Origin: Eledone cirrhosa
Taxonomy: Eukaryota
Assembly: GCA_964016885.1 (NCBI GenBank)
Contig: OZ024742.1
Span: forward strand, 342,736,001-342,800,000
DNA: 64,000 bases
Direction: 5' to 3'
In this document: positions 1 to 13,299 of the stretch, piece by piece
Layout of the letters: each line of letters begins with the position of its first letter
Position numbering within the stretch: the stretch's first letter is position 1
The notes under the pieces: generated by a model
Told to the model about the DNA's origin: nothing
What the model saw: the letters and a program-made list of their open reading frames with translations, nothing else
Databases searched by the model: none
Position numbers and translations under genes: made by a program

Positions 1-1240
1 TGAAGTATGTGATCTCCAGTGGTATGAAGTATGTCAACTCCAGTGGTATGAAGTATGTTATCTCCTGTGGTATGAAGTATGTGATCTACAGTGGTATGAA
101 GTATGTTAGCTCCTGTGGTATGAAGTATGTGATCTCCAGTGGTATGAAGTATGTGATCTACAGTGGTATGAAGTATGTAATCTCCAGTGGTATGAAGTAT
201 GTGATCTACAGTGGTATGAAGTATGTGATCTCCTGTGCTATGAAGTATGTGATCTACAGTGGTATGAAGTATGTGATCTCCAGTGGTATGAAGTATGTGA
301 TCTACAGTGGTATGAAGTATGTGATATACAGTGGTATGAAGCTTGTGATCTACAGTGGTATGAAGTATGTGATCTACAGTGGTATGAAGTATGTGATCTA
401 CAGTGGTATGAAGTATGTGATCTACAGTGGTATGAAGTATGTGATCTACAGTGGTATGAAGTATGTCAGCTCCAGTGGTATGAAGTATGTGATCTACAGT
501 GGTATGAAGTATGTTAGCTCCAGTGGTATGAAGTATGTGATCTACAGTGGTATGAAGTATGTCAGCTCCAGTGGTATGAAGTATGTGATCTCCAGTGGTA
601 TGAAGTATGTGATCTCCTGTGGTATGAAGTATGTGATCTACAGTGGTATGAAGTATGTGATCTACAGTGGTATGAATTATGTGATCTACAGTGGTATGAA
701 GTATGTCAGCTCCAGTGGTATGAAGTATGTGATCTACAGTGGTATGAAGTATGTCAGCTCCAGTGGTATGAAGTATGTGATCTTCAGTGGTATGAAGTAT
801 GTGATCTCCATTGGTATGAAGTATGTGATCTACAGTGGTATGAAGTATGTGATCTACAGTGGTATGAAGTATGTGATCTACAGTGGTATGAAGTATGTGA
901 TCTACAGTGGTATGAAGTATGTGATCTACAGTGGTATGAAGTATGTCAGCTCCAGTGGTATGAAGTATGTGATCTACAGTGGTATGAAGTATGTGATCTA
1001 CAGTGGTATGAAGTATGTGATCTACAGTGGTATGAAGTATGTCAGCTCCAGTGGTATGAAGTATGTGATCTACAGTGGTATGAAGTATGTCAGCTCCAGT
1101 GGTATGAAGTATGTGATCTACAGTGGTATGAAGTATGTGATCTACAGTGGTATGAATATGTGATCTACAGTGGTATGAAGTATGTGATCTCCAGTAGTAT
1201 GAAGTATGTGATCTACAGTGGTATGAAGTATGTGATCTAC
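1..1240. repeat. Copy 1 of a >=1.2-kb variant-pattern block repeated ~4.1 kb downstream
   Basis: Rare markers occur in the same order as at 4077-5340: GTCAAC, GTGCTA, GATATAC, AAGCTT (341 vs 4417, offset 4076), GAATTA, CCATTG, 1-bp deletion GAATATG, AGTAGT. Confidence 0.9.
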
Positions 1241-4076
1241 AGTGGTATGAAGTATGCTAGCTCCTGTGGTATGAAGTATGTGATCTCCAGTGGTATGAAG
1301 TATGTGATCTACAGTGGTATGAAGTATGTAATCTCCAGTGGTATGAAGTATGTGATCTACAGTGGTATGAAGTATGTGATCTACAGAGGTATGAAGTATG
1401 TGATTTACAGTGGTATGAAGTATGTGATCTACAGTGGTATGAAGTATGTGATCTCCTGTGGTATGAAGTATGTGATCTACAGTGGTATGAAGTATGTGAT
1501 CTCCAGTGGTATGAAGTATGTGATCTACAGTGGTATGAAGTATGTGATATCCTGTGGTATGAAGTATGTGATCTCCAGTGGTATGAAGTATGTCAGCTCC
1601 AGTGGTATGAAGTATGTGATCTCCTGTGGTATGAAGTATGTGATCTACAGTGGTATGAAGTATGTGATCTCCAGTGGTATGAAGTATGTGATCTACAGTG
1701 GTATGAAGTATGTGATATCCTGTGGTATGAAGTATGTGATCTCCAGTGGTATGAAGTATGTCAGCTCCAGTGGTATGAAGTATGTGATCTCCAGTTGTAT
1801 GAAGTATGTGATCTACAGTGGTATGAAGTATGCGATCTCCTGTGGTATGAAGTATGTGATCTACAGTGGTATGAAGTATGTTAGCTCCTGTGGTATGAAG
1901 TATGTGATCTCCAGTGGTATGAAGTATGTGATCTCCAGTGGTATGAAGTATGTGATCTACAGTGGTATGAAGTATGTGATCTCCTGTGGTATGAAGTATG
2001 TGATCTACAGTGGTATGAAGTATGTGATCTCCAGTGGTATGAAGTATGTGATCTACAGTGGTATGAAGTATGTGATCTACAGTGGTATGAAGCATGTGAT
2101 CTACAGTGGTATGAAGTATGTGATATCCTGTGGTATGAAGCATGTGATATCCTGTGGTATGAAGTATGTGATCTCTAGTGGTATGAAGTATGTGAACTCC
2201 AGTGGTATGAATTATGTGATCTCCAGTGGTATGAAGTATGTGATATCCTGTGGTATGAAGTATGTGATCTCCAGTGGTATGAAGTATGTGATCTCCAGTG
2301 GTATGAAGTATATGATCTCCGTGGTATGAAGTATGTGATCTACAGTGGTATGAAGTATGTGATCTCCAGTAGTATGAAGTATGTCAACTCCAGTGGTATG
2401 AAGTATGTCAGCTCCAGTGGTATGAAGTATGTGATCTACAGTGGTATGAAGTATGTGATCTCCAGTGGTATGAAGTATGTCAACTCCAGTGGTATGAAGT
2501 ATGTGATCTCCAGTGGTATGAAGTATGTGATCTCCAGTGGTATGAAGTATGTGATCTCCAGTGGTATGAAGTATGTCAGCTCCAGTGGTATGAAGTATGT
2601 GATATCCAGTGGTATGAAGTATGTGATCTACAGTGGTATGAAGTATGTGATCCAGTGGTATGAAGTATGTGATATCCAGTGGTATGAAGTATGTGATCTA
2701 CAGTGGTATGAAGTATGTCAGCTCCAGTGGTATGAAGTATGTGATCTCCTGTGGTATGAAGTATGTGATCTACAGTGGTATGAAGTATGTGATCTCCAGT
2801 GGTATGAAGTATGTGATCTACAGTGGTATGAAGTATGTAATCTCCAGTGGTATGAAGTATGTGATCTACAGTGGTATGATGTATGTGATCTACAGTGGTA
2901 TGAAGTATGTGATCTTCAGTGGTATGAAGTATGTCAGCTCCAGTGGTATGAAGTATGTGATCTCCTGTGGTATGAAGTATGTGATCTACAGTGGTATGAA
3001 GTATGTGATCTCCAGTGGTATGAAGTATGTGATCTACAGTGGAATGAAGTATGTAATCTCCAGTGGTATGAAGTATGTGATCTACAGTGGTATGAAGTAT
3101 GTGATCTCCAGTGGTATGAAGTATGTGATCTACAGTGGTATGAAGTATGTAATCTCCAGTGGTATGAAGTATGTGATCTACAGTGGTATGAAGTATGTGA
3201 TCTCCAGTGGTATGAAGTATGTCAGCTCCAGTGGTATGAAGTATGTGATCTCCTGTGGTATGAAGTATGTGATCTACAGTGGTATGAAGTATGTGATCTC
3301 CAGTGGTATAAAGTATGTGATCTACACTGGTATGAAGTATGTTATCTACAGTGGTATGAAGTATGTGATCTCCAGTGGTATGAAGTATGTTAGCTCCAGT
3401 GGTATGAAGTGTGTGATCTACAGTGGTATGAAGTATGTGATCTCCAGTGGTATGAAGTATGTGATCTACAGTGGTATGAAGTATGTGATTTACAGTGGTA
3501 TGAAGTATGTGATCTACAGTGGTATGAAGTATGTGATCTCCTGTGGTATGAAGTATGTGATCTACAGTGGTATGAAGTATGTGATCTCCAGTGGTCTATA
3601 GTATGTGATCTACAGTGGTATGAAGTATGTGATATCCTGTGGTATGAAGTATGTGATCTCCAGTGGTATGAAGTATGTCAGCTCCAGTGGTATGAAGTAT
3701 GTGATCTCCTGTGGTATGAAGTATGTGATCTACAGTGGTATGAAGTATGTGATCTCCAGTGGTATGAAGTATGTGATCTATAGTGGTATCAAGTATGTGA
3801 TATCCTGTGGTATGAAGTATGTGATCTCCAGTGGTATGAAGTATGTCAGCTCCAGTGGTATGAAGTATGTGATCTCCAGTGGTATGAAGTATGTCAGCTC
3901 CAGTGGTATGAACTATGTGATCTACAGTGCTATGAAGTATGTTAGCTCCTGTGGTATGAAGTATGTGATCTCCAGTGGTATGAAGTATGTGATCTAAAGT
4001 GGTATGAAGTATGTGATCTACAGTGGTATGAAGTATGTAATCTCCAGTGGTATGAAGTATGTGATCTACAGTGGTA

Positions 4077-5340
4077 TGAAGTATGTGATCTCCAGTGGTA
4101 TGAAGTATGTCAACTCCAGTGGTATGAAGTATGTTATCTCCTGTGGTATGAAGTATGTGATCTACAGTGGTATGAAGTATGTTAGCTCCTGTGGTATGAA
4201 GTATGTGATCTCCAGTGGTATGAAGTATGTTATCTACAGTGGTATGAAGTATGTAATCTCCAGTGGTATGAAGTATGTGATCTACAGTGGTATGAAGTAT
4301 GTGATCTCCTGTGCTATGAAGTATGTGATCTACAGTGGTATGAAGTATGTGATCTCCAGTGGTATGAAGTATGTGATCTACAGTGGTATGAAGTATGTGA
4401 TATACAGTGGTATGAAGCTTGTGATCTACAGTGGTATGAAGTATGTGATCTACAGTGGTATGAAGTATGTGATCTACAGTGGTATGAAGTATGTGATCTA
4501 CAGTGGTATGAAGTATGTGATCTACAGTGGTATGAAGTATGTCAGCTCCAGTGGTATGAAGTATGTGATCTACAGTGGTATGAAGTATGTTAGCTCCAGT
4601 GGTATGAAGTATGTGATCTACAGTGGTATGAAGTATGTCAGCTCCAGTGGTATGAAGTATGTGATCTCCAGTGGTATGAAGTATGTGATCTCCTGTGGTA
4701 TGAAGTATGTGATCTACAGTGGTATGAAGTATGTGATCTACAGTGGTATGAATTATGTGATCTACAGTGGTATGAAGTATGTCAGCTCCAGTGGTATGAA
4801 GTATGTGATCTACAGTGGTATGAAGTATGTCAGCTCCAGTGGTATGAAGTATGTGATCTGCAGTGGTATGAAGTATGTGATCTTCAGTGGTATGAAGTAT
4901 GTGATCTCCATTGGTATGAAGTATGTGATCTACAGTGGTATGAAGTATGTGATCTACAGTGGTATGAAGTATGTGATCTACAGTGGTATGAAGTATGTGA
5001 TCTACAGTGGTATGAAGTATGTGATCTACAGTGGTATGAAGTATGTCAGCTCCAGTGGTATGAAGTATGTGATCTACAGTGGTATGAAGTATGTGATCTA
5101 CAGTGGTATGAAGTATGTGATCTACAGTGGTATGAAGTATGTCAGCTCCAGTGGTATGAAGTATGTGATCTACAGTGGTATGAAGTATGTCAGCTCCAGT
5201 GGTATGAAGTATGTGATCTACAGTGGTATGAAGTATGTGATCTACAGTGGTATGAATATGTGATCTACAGTGGTATGAAGTATGTGATCTCCAGTAGTAT
5301 GAAGTATGTGATCTACAGTGGTATGAAGTATGTGATCTAC
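4077..5340. repeat. Copy 2 of the left-end block, with one extra ATCTGCAG monomer near 4850
   Basis: ORFs 9..1163 and 4004..5263 are nearly identical. The offset moves from 4076 to 4100 after the extra monomer. Confidence 0.9.
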
Positions 5341-6379
5341 AGTGGTATGAAGTATGTGATCTACAGTGGTATGAAGTATGTGATCTACAGTGGTATGCAG
5401 TATGTGATCTACAGTGGTATGAAGTATGTGATCTACAGTGGTATGAAGTATGTGATCTACAGTGGTATGAAGTATGTCAGCTCCAGTGGTATGAAGTATG
5501 TGATCTACAGTGGTATGAAGTATGTGATCTACAGTGGTATGAAGTATGTGATATCCTGTGGTATGAAGTATGTGATCTCCTGTGGTATGAAGTATGTGAT
5601 CTCCTGTGGTATGAAGTATGTGATATCCAGTGGTATGAAGTATGTGACCTACAGTGGTATGAAGTATGTGATCTACAGTGGTATGAAGTATGTGATATCC
5701 TGTGGTATGAAGTATGTGATCTCCAGTGGTATGAAGTATGTGATATCCTGTGGTATGAAGTATGTGATATCCTGTGGTATGAAGTATGTGATCTACAGTG
5801 GTATGAAGTATGTGATATCCTGTGGTATGAAGTATGTGATCTCCAGTGGTATGAAGTATGTGATCTCCTGTGGTATGAAGTATGTGATCTCCAGTGGTAT
5901 GAAGTATGTGATCTACAGTGGTATGAAGTATGTGATATCCTGTGGTATGAAGGATGTGATCTCCAGTGGTAAGAAGTATGTGATATCCTGTGGTATGAAG
6001 TATGTGATATTCTGTGGTATGAAGTATGTGATCTACAGTGGTATGATGTATGTAATCTCCAGTGGTATGAAGTATGTGATCTACTGTGGTATGAAGTATG
6101 TAATCTCCAGTGGTATGAAGTATGTGATCTCCAGTGGTATGAAGTATGTGATCTCCAGTTGTATGAAGTATGTGATCTCCAGTGGTATGAAGTATGTGAA
6201 CTCCAGTGGTATGAAGTATGTAATCTCCAGTGGTATGAAGTATGTGATCTACAGTGGTATGAAGTATGTGATCTACAGTGGTATGAAATATGTGATCTCC
6301 AGTGGTATGAAGTATGTTAGCTCCAGTGGTATGAAGTGTGTGATCTACAGTGGTATGAAGTATGTGATCTCCAGTGGTA

Positions 6380-7550
6380 TGAAGTATGTGATTGTGGTAT
6401 GAAGTATGTGATCTCCAGTAGTATGAAGTATTTCAGCTCCAGTGGTATGAAGTATGTCAGCTCCAGTGGTATGAAGTATGTGATCTACAGTGGTATGAAG
6501 TATGTGATCTCCAGTGGTATGAAGTATGTGATCTCCTGTGGTATGAAGTATGTGATCTACAGTGGTATGAAGTATGTGATATCCTGTAGTATGAAGTATG
6601 TGATCTCCAGTGGTATGAAGTATGTCAGCTCCAGTGGTATGAAGTATGTGATCTCCTGTGGTATGAAGTATGTGATATCCAGTGGTATGAAGTATGTGAT
6701 CTCCAGTAGTATGAAGTATGTCATCTCCAGTGGTATGAAGTATGTGATCTCCAGTGGTATGAAGTATGTGATCTCCAGTGGTATGAAGTATGTGATATCC
6801 AGTGGTATGAAGTATGTGATCTACAGTGGTATGAAGTATGTGATCTCCAGTGGTATGAAGTATGTGATATCCAGTGGTATGAAGTATGTCAGCTCCAGTG
6901 GTATAAAGTATGTGATCTCCTGTGGTATGAAGTATGTGATCTACAGTGGTATGAAGTATGTGATCTCCAGTGGTATGAAGTATGTGATCTACAGTGGTAT
7001 GAAGTATGTCAGCTCCAGTGGTATGAAGTATGTGATCTCCTGTGGTATGAAGTATGTGATCTACAGTGGTATGAAGTATGTAATCTCCAGTGGTATGAAG
7101 TATGTGATTGTGGTATGAAGTATGTGATCTCCAGTAGTATGAAGTATTTCAGCTCCAGTGGTATGAAGTATGTCAGCTCCAGTGGTATGAAGTATGTGAT
7201 CTACAGTGGTATGAAGTATGTGATCTCCAGTGGTATGAAGTATGTGATCTCCTGTGGTATGAAGTATGTGATCTACAGTGGTATGAAGTATGTGATATCC
7301 TGTGGTATGAAGTATGTGATCTCCAGTGGTATGAAGTATGTCAGCTCCAGTGGTATGAAGTATGTGATCTCCTGTGGTATGAAGTATGTGATATCCAGTG
7401 GTATGAAGTATGTGATCTCCAGTAGTATGAAGTATGTCATCTCCAGTGGTATGAAGTATGTGATCTCCAGTGGTATGAAGTATGTGATCTCCAGTGGTAT
7501 GAAGTATGTGATATCCAGTGGTATGAAGTATGTGATCTACAGTGGTATGA
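6380..7550. repeat. 716-bp-period duplication marked by a 20-bp monomer (GTGATTGTGGT, 4-bp deletion)
   Basis: The deletion plus AGTAGT, TATTTCAGC and GTCATC recur. ORF ends 6402 and 7118 differ by 716 = 30x24-4. A third copy ends at 10137. Confidence 0.88.
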
Positions 7551-10139
7551 AGTATGTGATCTACAGTGGTATGAAGTATGTGATCTCCAGTGGTATGAAG
7601 TATGTGATCTACAGTGGTATGAAGTATGTGATCTCCTGTGGTATGAAGTATGTGATCTCCAGTGGTATGAAGTATGTCAGCTCCAGTGGTATGAAGTATG
7701 TGATATCCAGTGGTATGAAGTATGTCAGCTCCAATGGTATGAAGTTTGTGATCTCCTGTGGTATGAAGTATGTGATCTACAGTGGTATGAAGTATGTGAT
7801 CTCCAGTGGTATGAAGTATGTGATATCCTGTGGTATGAAGTATGTAATCTCCAGTGGTATGAAGTATGTGATCTCCAGTGGTATGAAGTATGTGATCTAC
7901 AGTGGTATGAAGTATGTGATCTCCAGTGGTATGAAGTATGTCAGCTCCAGTGGTATGAAGTATGTGATCTCCTGTGGTATGAAGTATGTGATCTACAGTG
8001 GTATGAAGTATGTGATCTCCAGTGGTATGAAGTATGTGATCTACAGTGGAATGAAGTATGTAATCTCCAGTGGTATGAAGTATGTGATCTACAGTGGTAT
8101 GAAGTATGTGATCTCTAGTGGTATGAAGTATGTCAGCTCCAGTGGTATGAAGTATGTGATCTACTGTGGTATGAAGTATGTGATCTACAGTGGTATGAAG
8201 TATGTGATCTCCAGTGGTATGAAGTATGTGATCTACAGTGGTATGAAGTATGTGATCTACAGTGGTATGAAATATGTGATCTCCAGTGGTATGAAGTATG
8301 TTAGCTCCAGTGGTATGAAGTGTGTGATCTACAGTGGTATGAAGTATGTGATCTCCAGTGGTATGAAGTATGTGATCTACAGTGGTATGAAGTATGTGAT
8401 TTACAGTGGTATGAAGTATGTGATCTACAGTGGTATGAAGTATGTGATCTCCTGTGGTATGAAGTATGTGATCTAGAGTGGTATGAAGTATGTGATCTCC
8501 TGTGGTCTGAAGTATGTGATCTACAGTCGTCTGAAGTATGTGATATCCTGTGGTATGAAGTATGTGATCTCCAGTGGTATGAAGTATGTCAGCTCCAGTG
8601 GTATGAAGTATGTGATCTCCTGTGGTATGAAGTATGTGATCTACAGTGGTATGAAGTATGTGATCTCCAGTGGTATGAAGTATGTGATCTACAGTGGTAT
8701 GAAGTATGTGATATCCTGTGGTATGAAGTATGTGATCTCCAGTGGTATGAAGTATGTGATCTCCAGTGGTATGAAGTATGTGATCTCCAGTGGTATGAAG
8801 TATGTGATCTACAGTGGTATGAAGTATGTGATCTACAGTGGTATGAAGTATGTGATATCCTGTGGTATGAAGTATGTGATCTATAGTGGTATGAAGTATG
8901 TGATCTCCAGTGGTATGAAGTATGTGATCTCCAGTGGTATGAAGTATGTGATCTCCAGTGGTATGAAGTATGTCAGCTCCAGTGGTATGAAGTATGTGAT
9001 CTCCAGTGGTATAAAGTATGTGATCTCCAGTGGTATGAGGTATGTCAGCTCCAGTGGTATGAAGTATGTGAAATCCTGTGGTATGAAGTATGTGATCTAC
9101 AGTGGTATGAAGTATGTGATCTCCAGTGGTATGAAGTATGTGATCTACAGTGGTATGAAGTATGTCAGCTCCAGTGGTATGAAGTATGTGATCTCCAGTG
9201 GTATGAAGTATGTGATCTCCAGTGGTATGAAGTATGTCAGCTCCAGTGGTATGAAGTATGTGATCTCCAGTGGTATGAAGTATGTGATCTCCGGTGGTAT
9301 GAAGTATGTCAGCTCCAGTGGTATGAAGTATGTGATCTCCAGTGGTATGAAGTATGTCAGCTCCTCTGGTATGAAGTATGTGATCTCCAGTGGTATGAAG
9401 TATGTGATCTCCTGTGGTATGAAGTATGTGATCCCCAGTGGTATGAAGTATGTGTCTCCAGTGGTATGAAGTATGTGATCTACAGTGGTATGAAGTATGT
9501 GATATCCAGTGGTATGAAGTATGTGACCTACAGTGGTATGAAGTATGTGATCTACAGTGGTATGAAGTATGTGATATCCTGTGGTATGAAGTATGTGATC
9601 TCCAGTGGTATGAAGTATGTGATATCCTGTGGTATGAAGTATGTGATATCCTGTGGTATGAAGTATGTGATCTACAGTGGTATGAAGTATGTGATATCCT
9701 GTGGTATGAAGTATGTGATCTCCAGTGGTATGAAGTATGTGATCTCCAGTGGTATGAAGTATGTGATCTCCAGTGGTATGAAGTATGTGATCTACAGTGG
9801 TATGAAGTATGTGATATCCTGTGGTATGAAGTATGTGATCTCCAGTGGTATGGAGTATGTGATATCCTGTGGTATGAAGTATGTGATATTCTGTGGTATG
9901 AAGTATGTGATCTACAGTGGTATGATGTATGTAATCTCCAGTGGTATGAAGTATGTGATCTACTGTGGTATGAAGTATGTAATCTCCAGTGGTATGAAGT
10001 ATGTGATCTCCAGTGGTATGAAGTATGTGATCTCCAGTTGTATGAAGTATGTGATCTCCAGTGGTATGAAGTATGTGAACTCCAGTGGTATGAAGTATGT
10101 AATCTCCAGTGGTATGAAGTATGTGATTGTGGTATGAAG

Positions 10140-11000
10140 TATGTGATCTCCAGTAGTATGAAGTATTTCAGCTCCAGTGGTATGAAGTATGTCAGCTCCA
10201 GTGGTATGAAGTATGTGATCTACAGTGGTATGAAGTATGTGATCTCCAGTGGTATGAAGTATGTGATCTCCTGTGGTATGAAGTATGTGATCTACAGTGG
10301 TATGAAGTATGTGATATCCTGTGGTATGAAGTATGTGATCTCCAGTGGTATGAAGTATGTCAGCTCCAGTGGTATGAAGTATGTGATCTCCTGTGGTATG
10401 AAGTATGTGATATCCAGTGGTATGAAGTATGTGATCTCCAGTAGTATGAAGTATGTCATCTCCAGTGGTATGAAGTATGTGATCTCCAGTGGTATGAAGT
10501 ATGTGATCTCCAGTGGTATGAAGTATGTGATATCCAGTGGTATGAAGTATGTGATCTACAGTGGTATGAAGTATGTGATCTCCAGTAGTATGAAGTATTT
10601 CAGCTCCAGTGGTATGAAGTATGTCAGCTCCAGTGGTATGAAGTATGTGATCTACAGTGGTATGAAGTATGTGATCTCCAGTGGTATGAAGTATGTGATC
10701 TCCTGTGGTATGAAGTATGTGATCTACAGTGGTATGAAGTATGTGATATCCTGTGGTATGAAGTATGTGATCTCCAGTGGTATGAAGTATGTCAGCTCCA
10801 GTGGTATGAAGTATGTGATCTCCTGTGGTATGAAGTATGTGATATCCAGTGGTATGAAGTATGTGATCTCCAGTAGTATGAAGTATGTCATCTCCAGTGG
10901 TATGAAGTATGTGATCTCCAGTGGTATGAAGTATGTGATCTCCAGTGGTATGAAGTATGTGATATCCAGTGGTATGAAGTATGTGATCTACAGTGGTATG
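10140..11000. repeat. 432-bp (18-monomer) tandem duplication
   Basis: TATTTCAGC occurs at 10164 and 10596, each followed by the same variant series including AGTAGT-GTCATC. Confidence 0.88.
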
Positions 11001-13299
11001 AAGTATGTGATCTCCAGTGGTATGAAGTATGTCAGCTCCAGTGGTATGAAGTATGTGATCTCCTGTGGTATGAAGTATGTGATCTACAGTGGTATGAAGT
11101 ATGTGATCTCCAGTGGTATGAAGTATGTGATCTACAGTGGTATGAAGTATGTCAGCTCCAGTGGTATGAAGTATGTGATCTCCTGTGGTATGAAGTATGT
11201 GATCTACAGTGGTATGAAGTATGTGATCTCCAGTGGTATGAAGTATGTGATCTACAGTGGTATGAAGTATGTGATCTCCTGTGGTATGAAGTATGTGATC
11301 TCCAGTGGTATGAAGTATGTCAGCTCCAGTGGTATGAAGTATGTGATCTCCAGTGGTATGAAGTATGTGATCTACAGTGGTATGAAGTATGTGATATCCT
11401 GTGGTATGAAGTATGTGATCTCCAGTGGTATGAAGTATGTGATCTCCAGTGGTATGAAGTATGTGATCTCCAGTAGTATGAAGTATGTGATCTACAGTGG
11501 TATGAAGTATGTGATCTACAGTGGTATGAAGTATGTGATATCCTGTGGTATGAAGTATGTGATCTATAGTGGTATGAAGTATGTGATCTCCAGTGGTATG
11601 AAGTATGTGATCTCCAGTGGTATGAAGTATGTGATCTCCAGTGGTATGAAGTATGTCAGCTCCAGTGGTATGAAGTATGTGATCTCCAGTGGTATAAAGT
11701 ATGTGATCTCCAGTGGTATGAGGTATGTCAACTCCAGTGGTATGAAGTATGTGAAATCCTGTGGTATGAAGTATGTGATCTACAGTGGTATGAAGTATGT
11801 GATCTCCAGTGGTATGAAGTATGTGATCTACAGTGGTATGAAGTATGTCAGCTCCAGTGGTATGAAGTATGTGATCTCCAGTGGTATGAAGTATGTGATC
11901 TCCAGTGGTATGAAGTATGTCAGCTCCAGTGGTATGAAGTATGTGATCTCCAGTGGTATGAAGTATGTGATCTCCGGTGGTATGAAGTATGTCAGCTCCA
12001 GTGGTATGAAGTATGTGATCTCCAGTGGTATGAAGTATGTCAGCTCCTCTGGTATGAAGTATGTGATCTCCAGTGGTATGAAGTATGTGATCTCCTGTGG
12101 TATGAAGTATGTGATCCCCAGTGGTATGAAGTATGTGTCTCCAGTGGTATGAAGTATGTGATCTACAGTGGTATGAAGTATGTGATATCCTGTGGTATGA
12201 AGTATGTGATCTACAGTGGTATGAAGTATGTGATCTCCAGTGGTATGAAGTATGTGATCTACAGTGGTATGAAGTATGTGATCTCCAGTGGTATGAAGTA
12301 TGTGATAACCTGTGGTATGAAGTATGTGATATCCTGTGGTATGAAGTATGTGATCTACAGTGGTATGAAGTATGTGATCTCCAGTGGTATGAAGTATGTG
12401 ATAACCTGTGGTATGAAGTATGTGATCTACAGTGGTATGAAGTATGTGATCTACAGTGGTATTAAGTATGTGATCTACAGTGGTATGAAGTATGTGATCT
12501 CCAGTGGTATGAAGTATGTAATCTACAGTGGTATGAAGTATGTGATCTCCAGTGGTATGAAGTATGTGATCTCCTGTGGTATGAAATATGTCAGCTCCAG
12601 TGGTATGAAGTATGTGATCTCCAGTGTTATGAAGTATGTGATCTCCAGTGGTATGAAATATGTGATCTACAGTGGTATGAAGTATGTGATCTCCAGTGGT
12701 ATGAAGTATGTGATCTCCAGTGGTATGAAGTATGTGATCTCCAGTGGTATGAAGTATGTGATCTCCAGTGGTATGAAGTATGTGATATCCTGTGGTATGA
12801 AGCATGTGATCTCCAGTGGTATGAAGTATGTCAGCTCCAGTGGTATGAAGTATGTGATCTCCAGTGGTATGAAATATGTGATCTACAGTGGTATGAAGTA
12901 TGTTAGCTCCAGTGGTATGAAGTATGTGATCTACAGTGGTATGAAGTATGTCAGCCCCAGTGGTATGAAGTATGTGATCTCCAGTGGTATGAAGTATGTG
13001 ATCTCCTGTGGTATGAAGTATGTGATCTACAGTGGTATGAAGTATGTGATCTACAGTGGTATGAAGTATGTGATCTACAGTGGTATGATGTATGTGATCT
13101 ACAGTGGTATGAAATATGTGATCTCCAGTGGTATGAAGTATGTCAGCTCCTGTGGTATGAAGTATGTGATCTACAGTGGTATGAAGTATGTGATCTCCAG
13201 TGGTATGAAGTATGTGATCTCCAGTGGTATGAAGTATGTGATCTCCAGTGGTATGAAGTATGTGATCTCCAGTGGTATGAAGTATGTGATCTCCATTGG

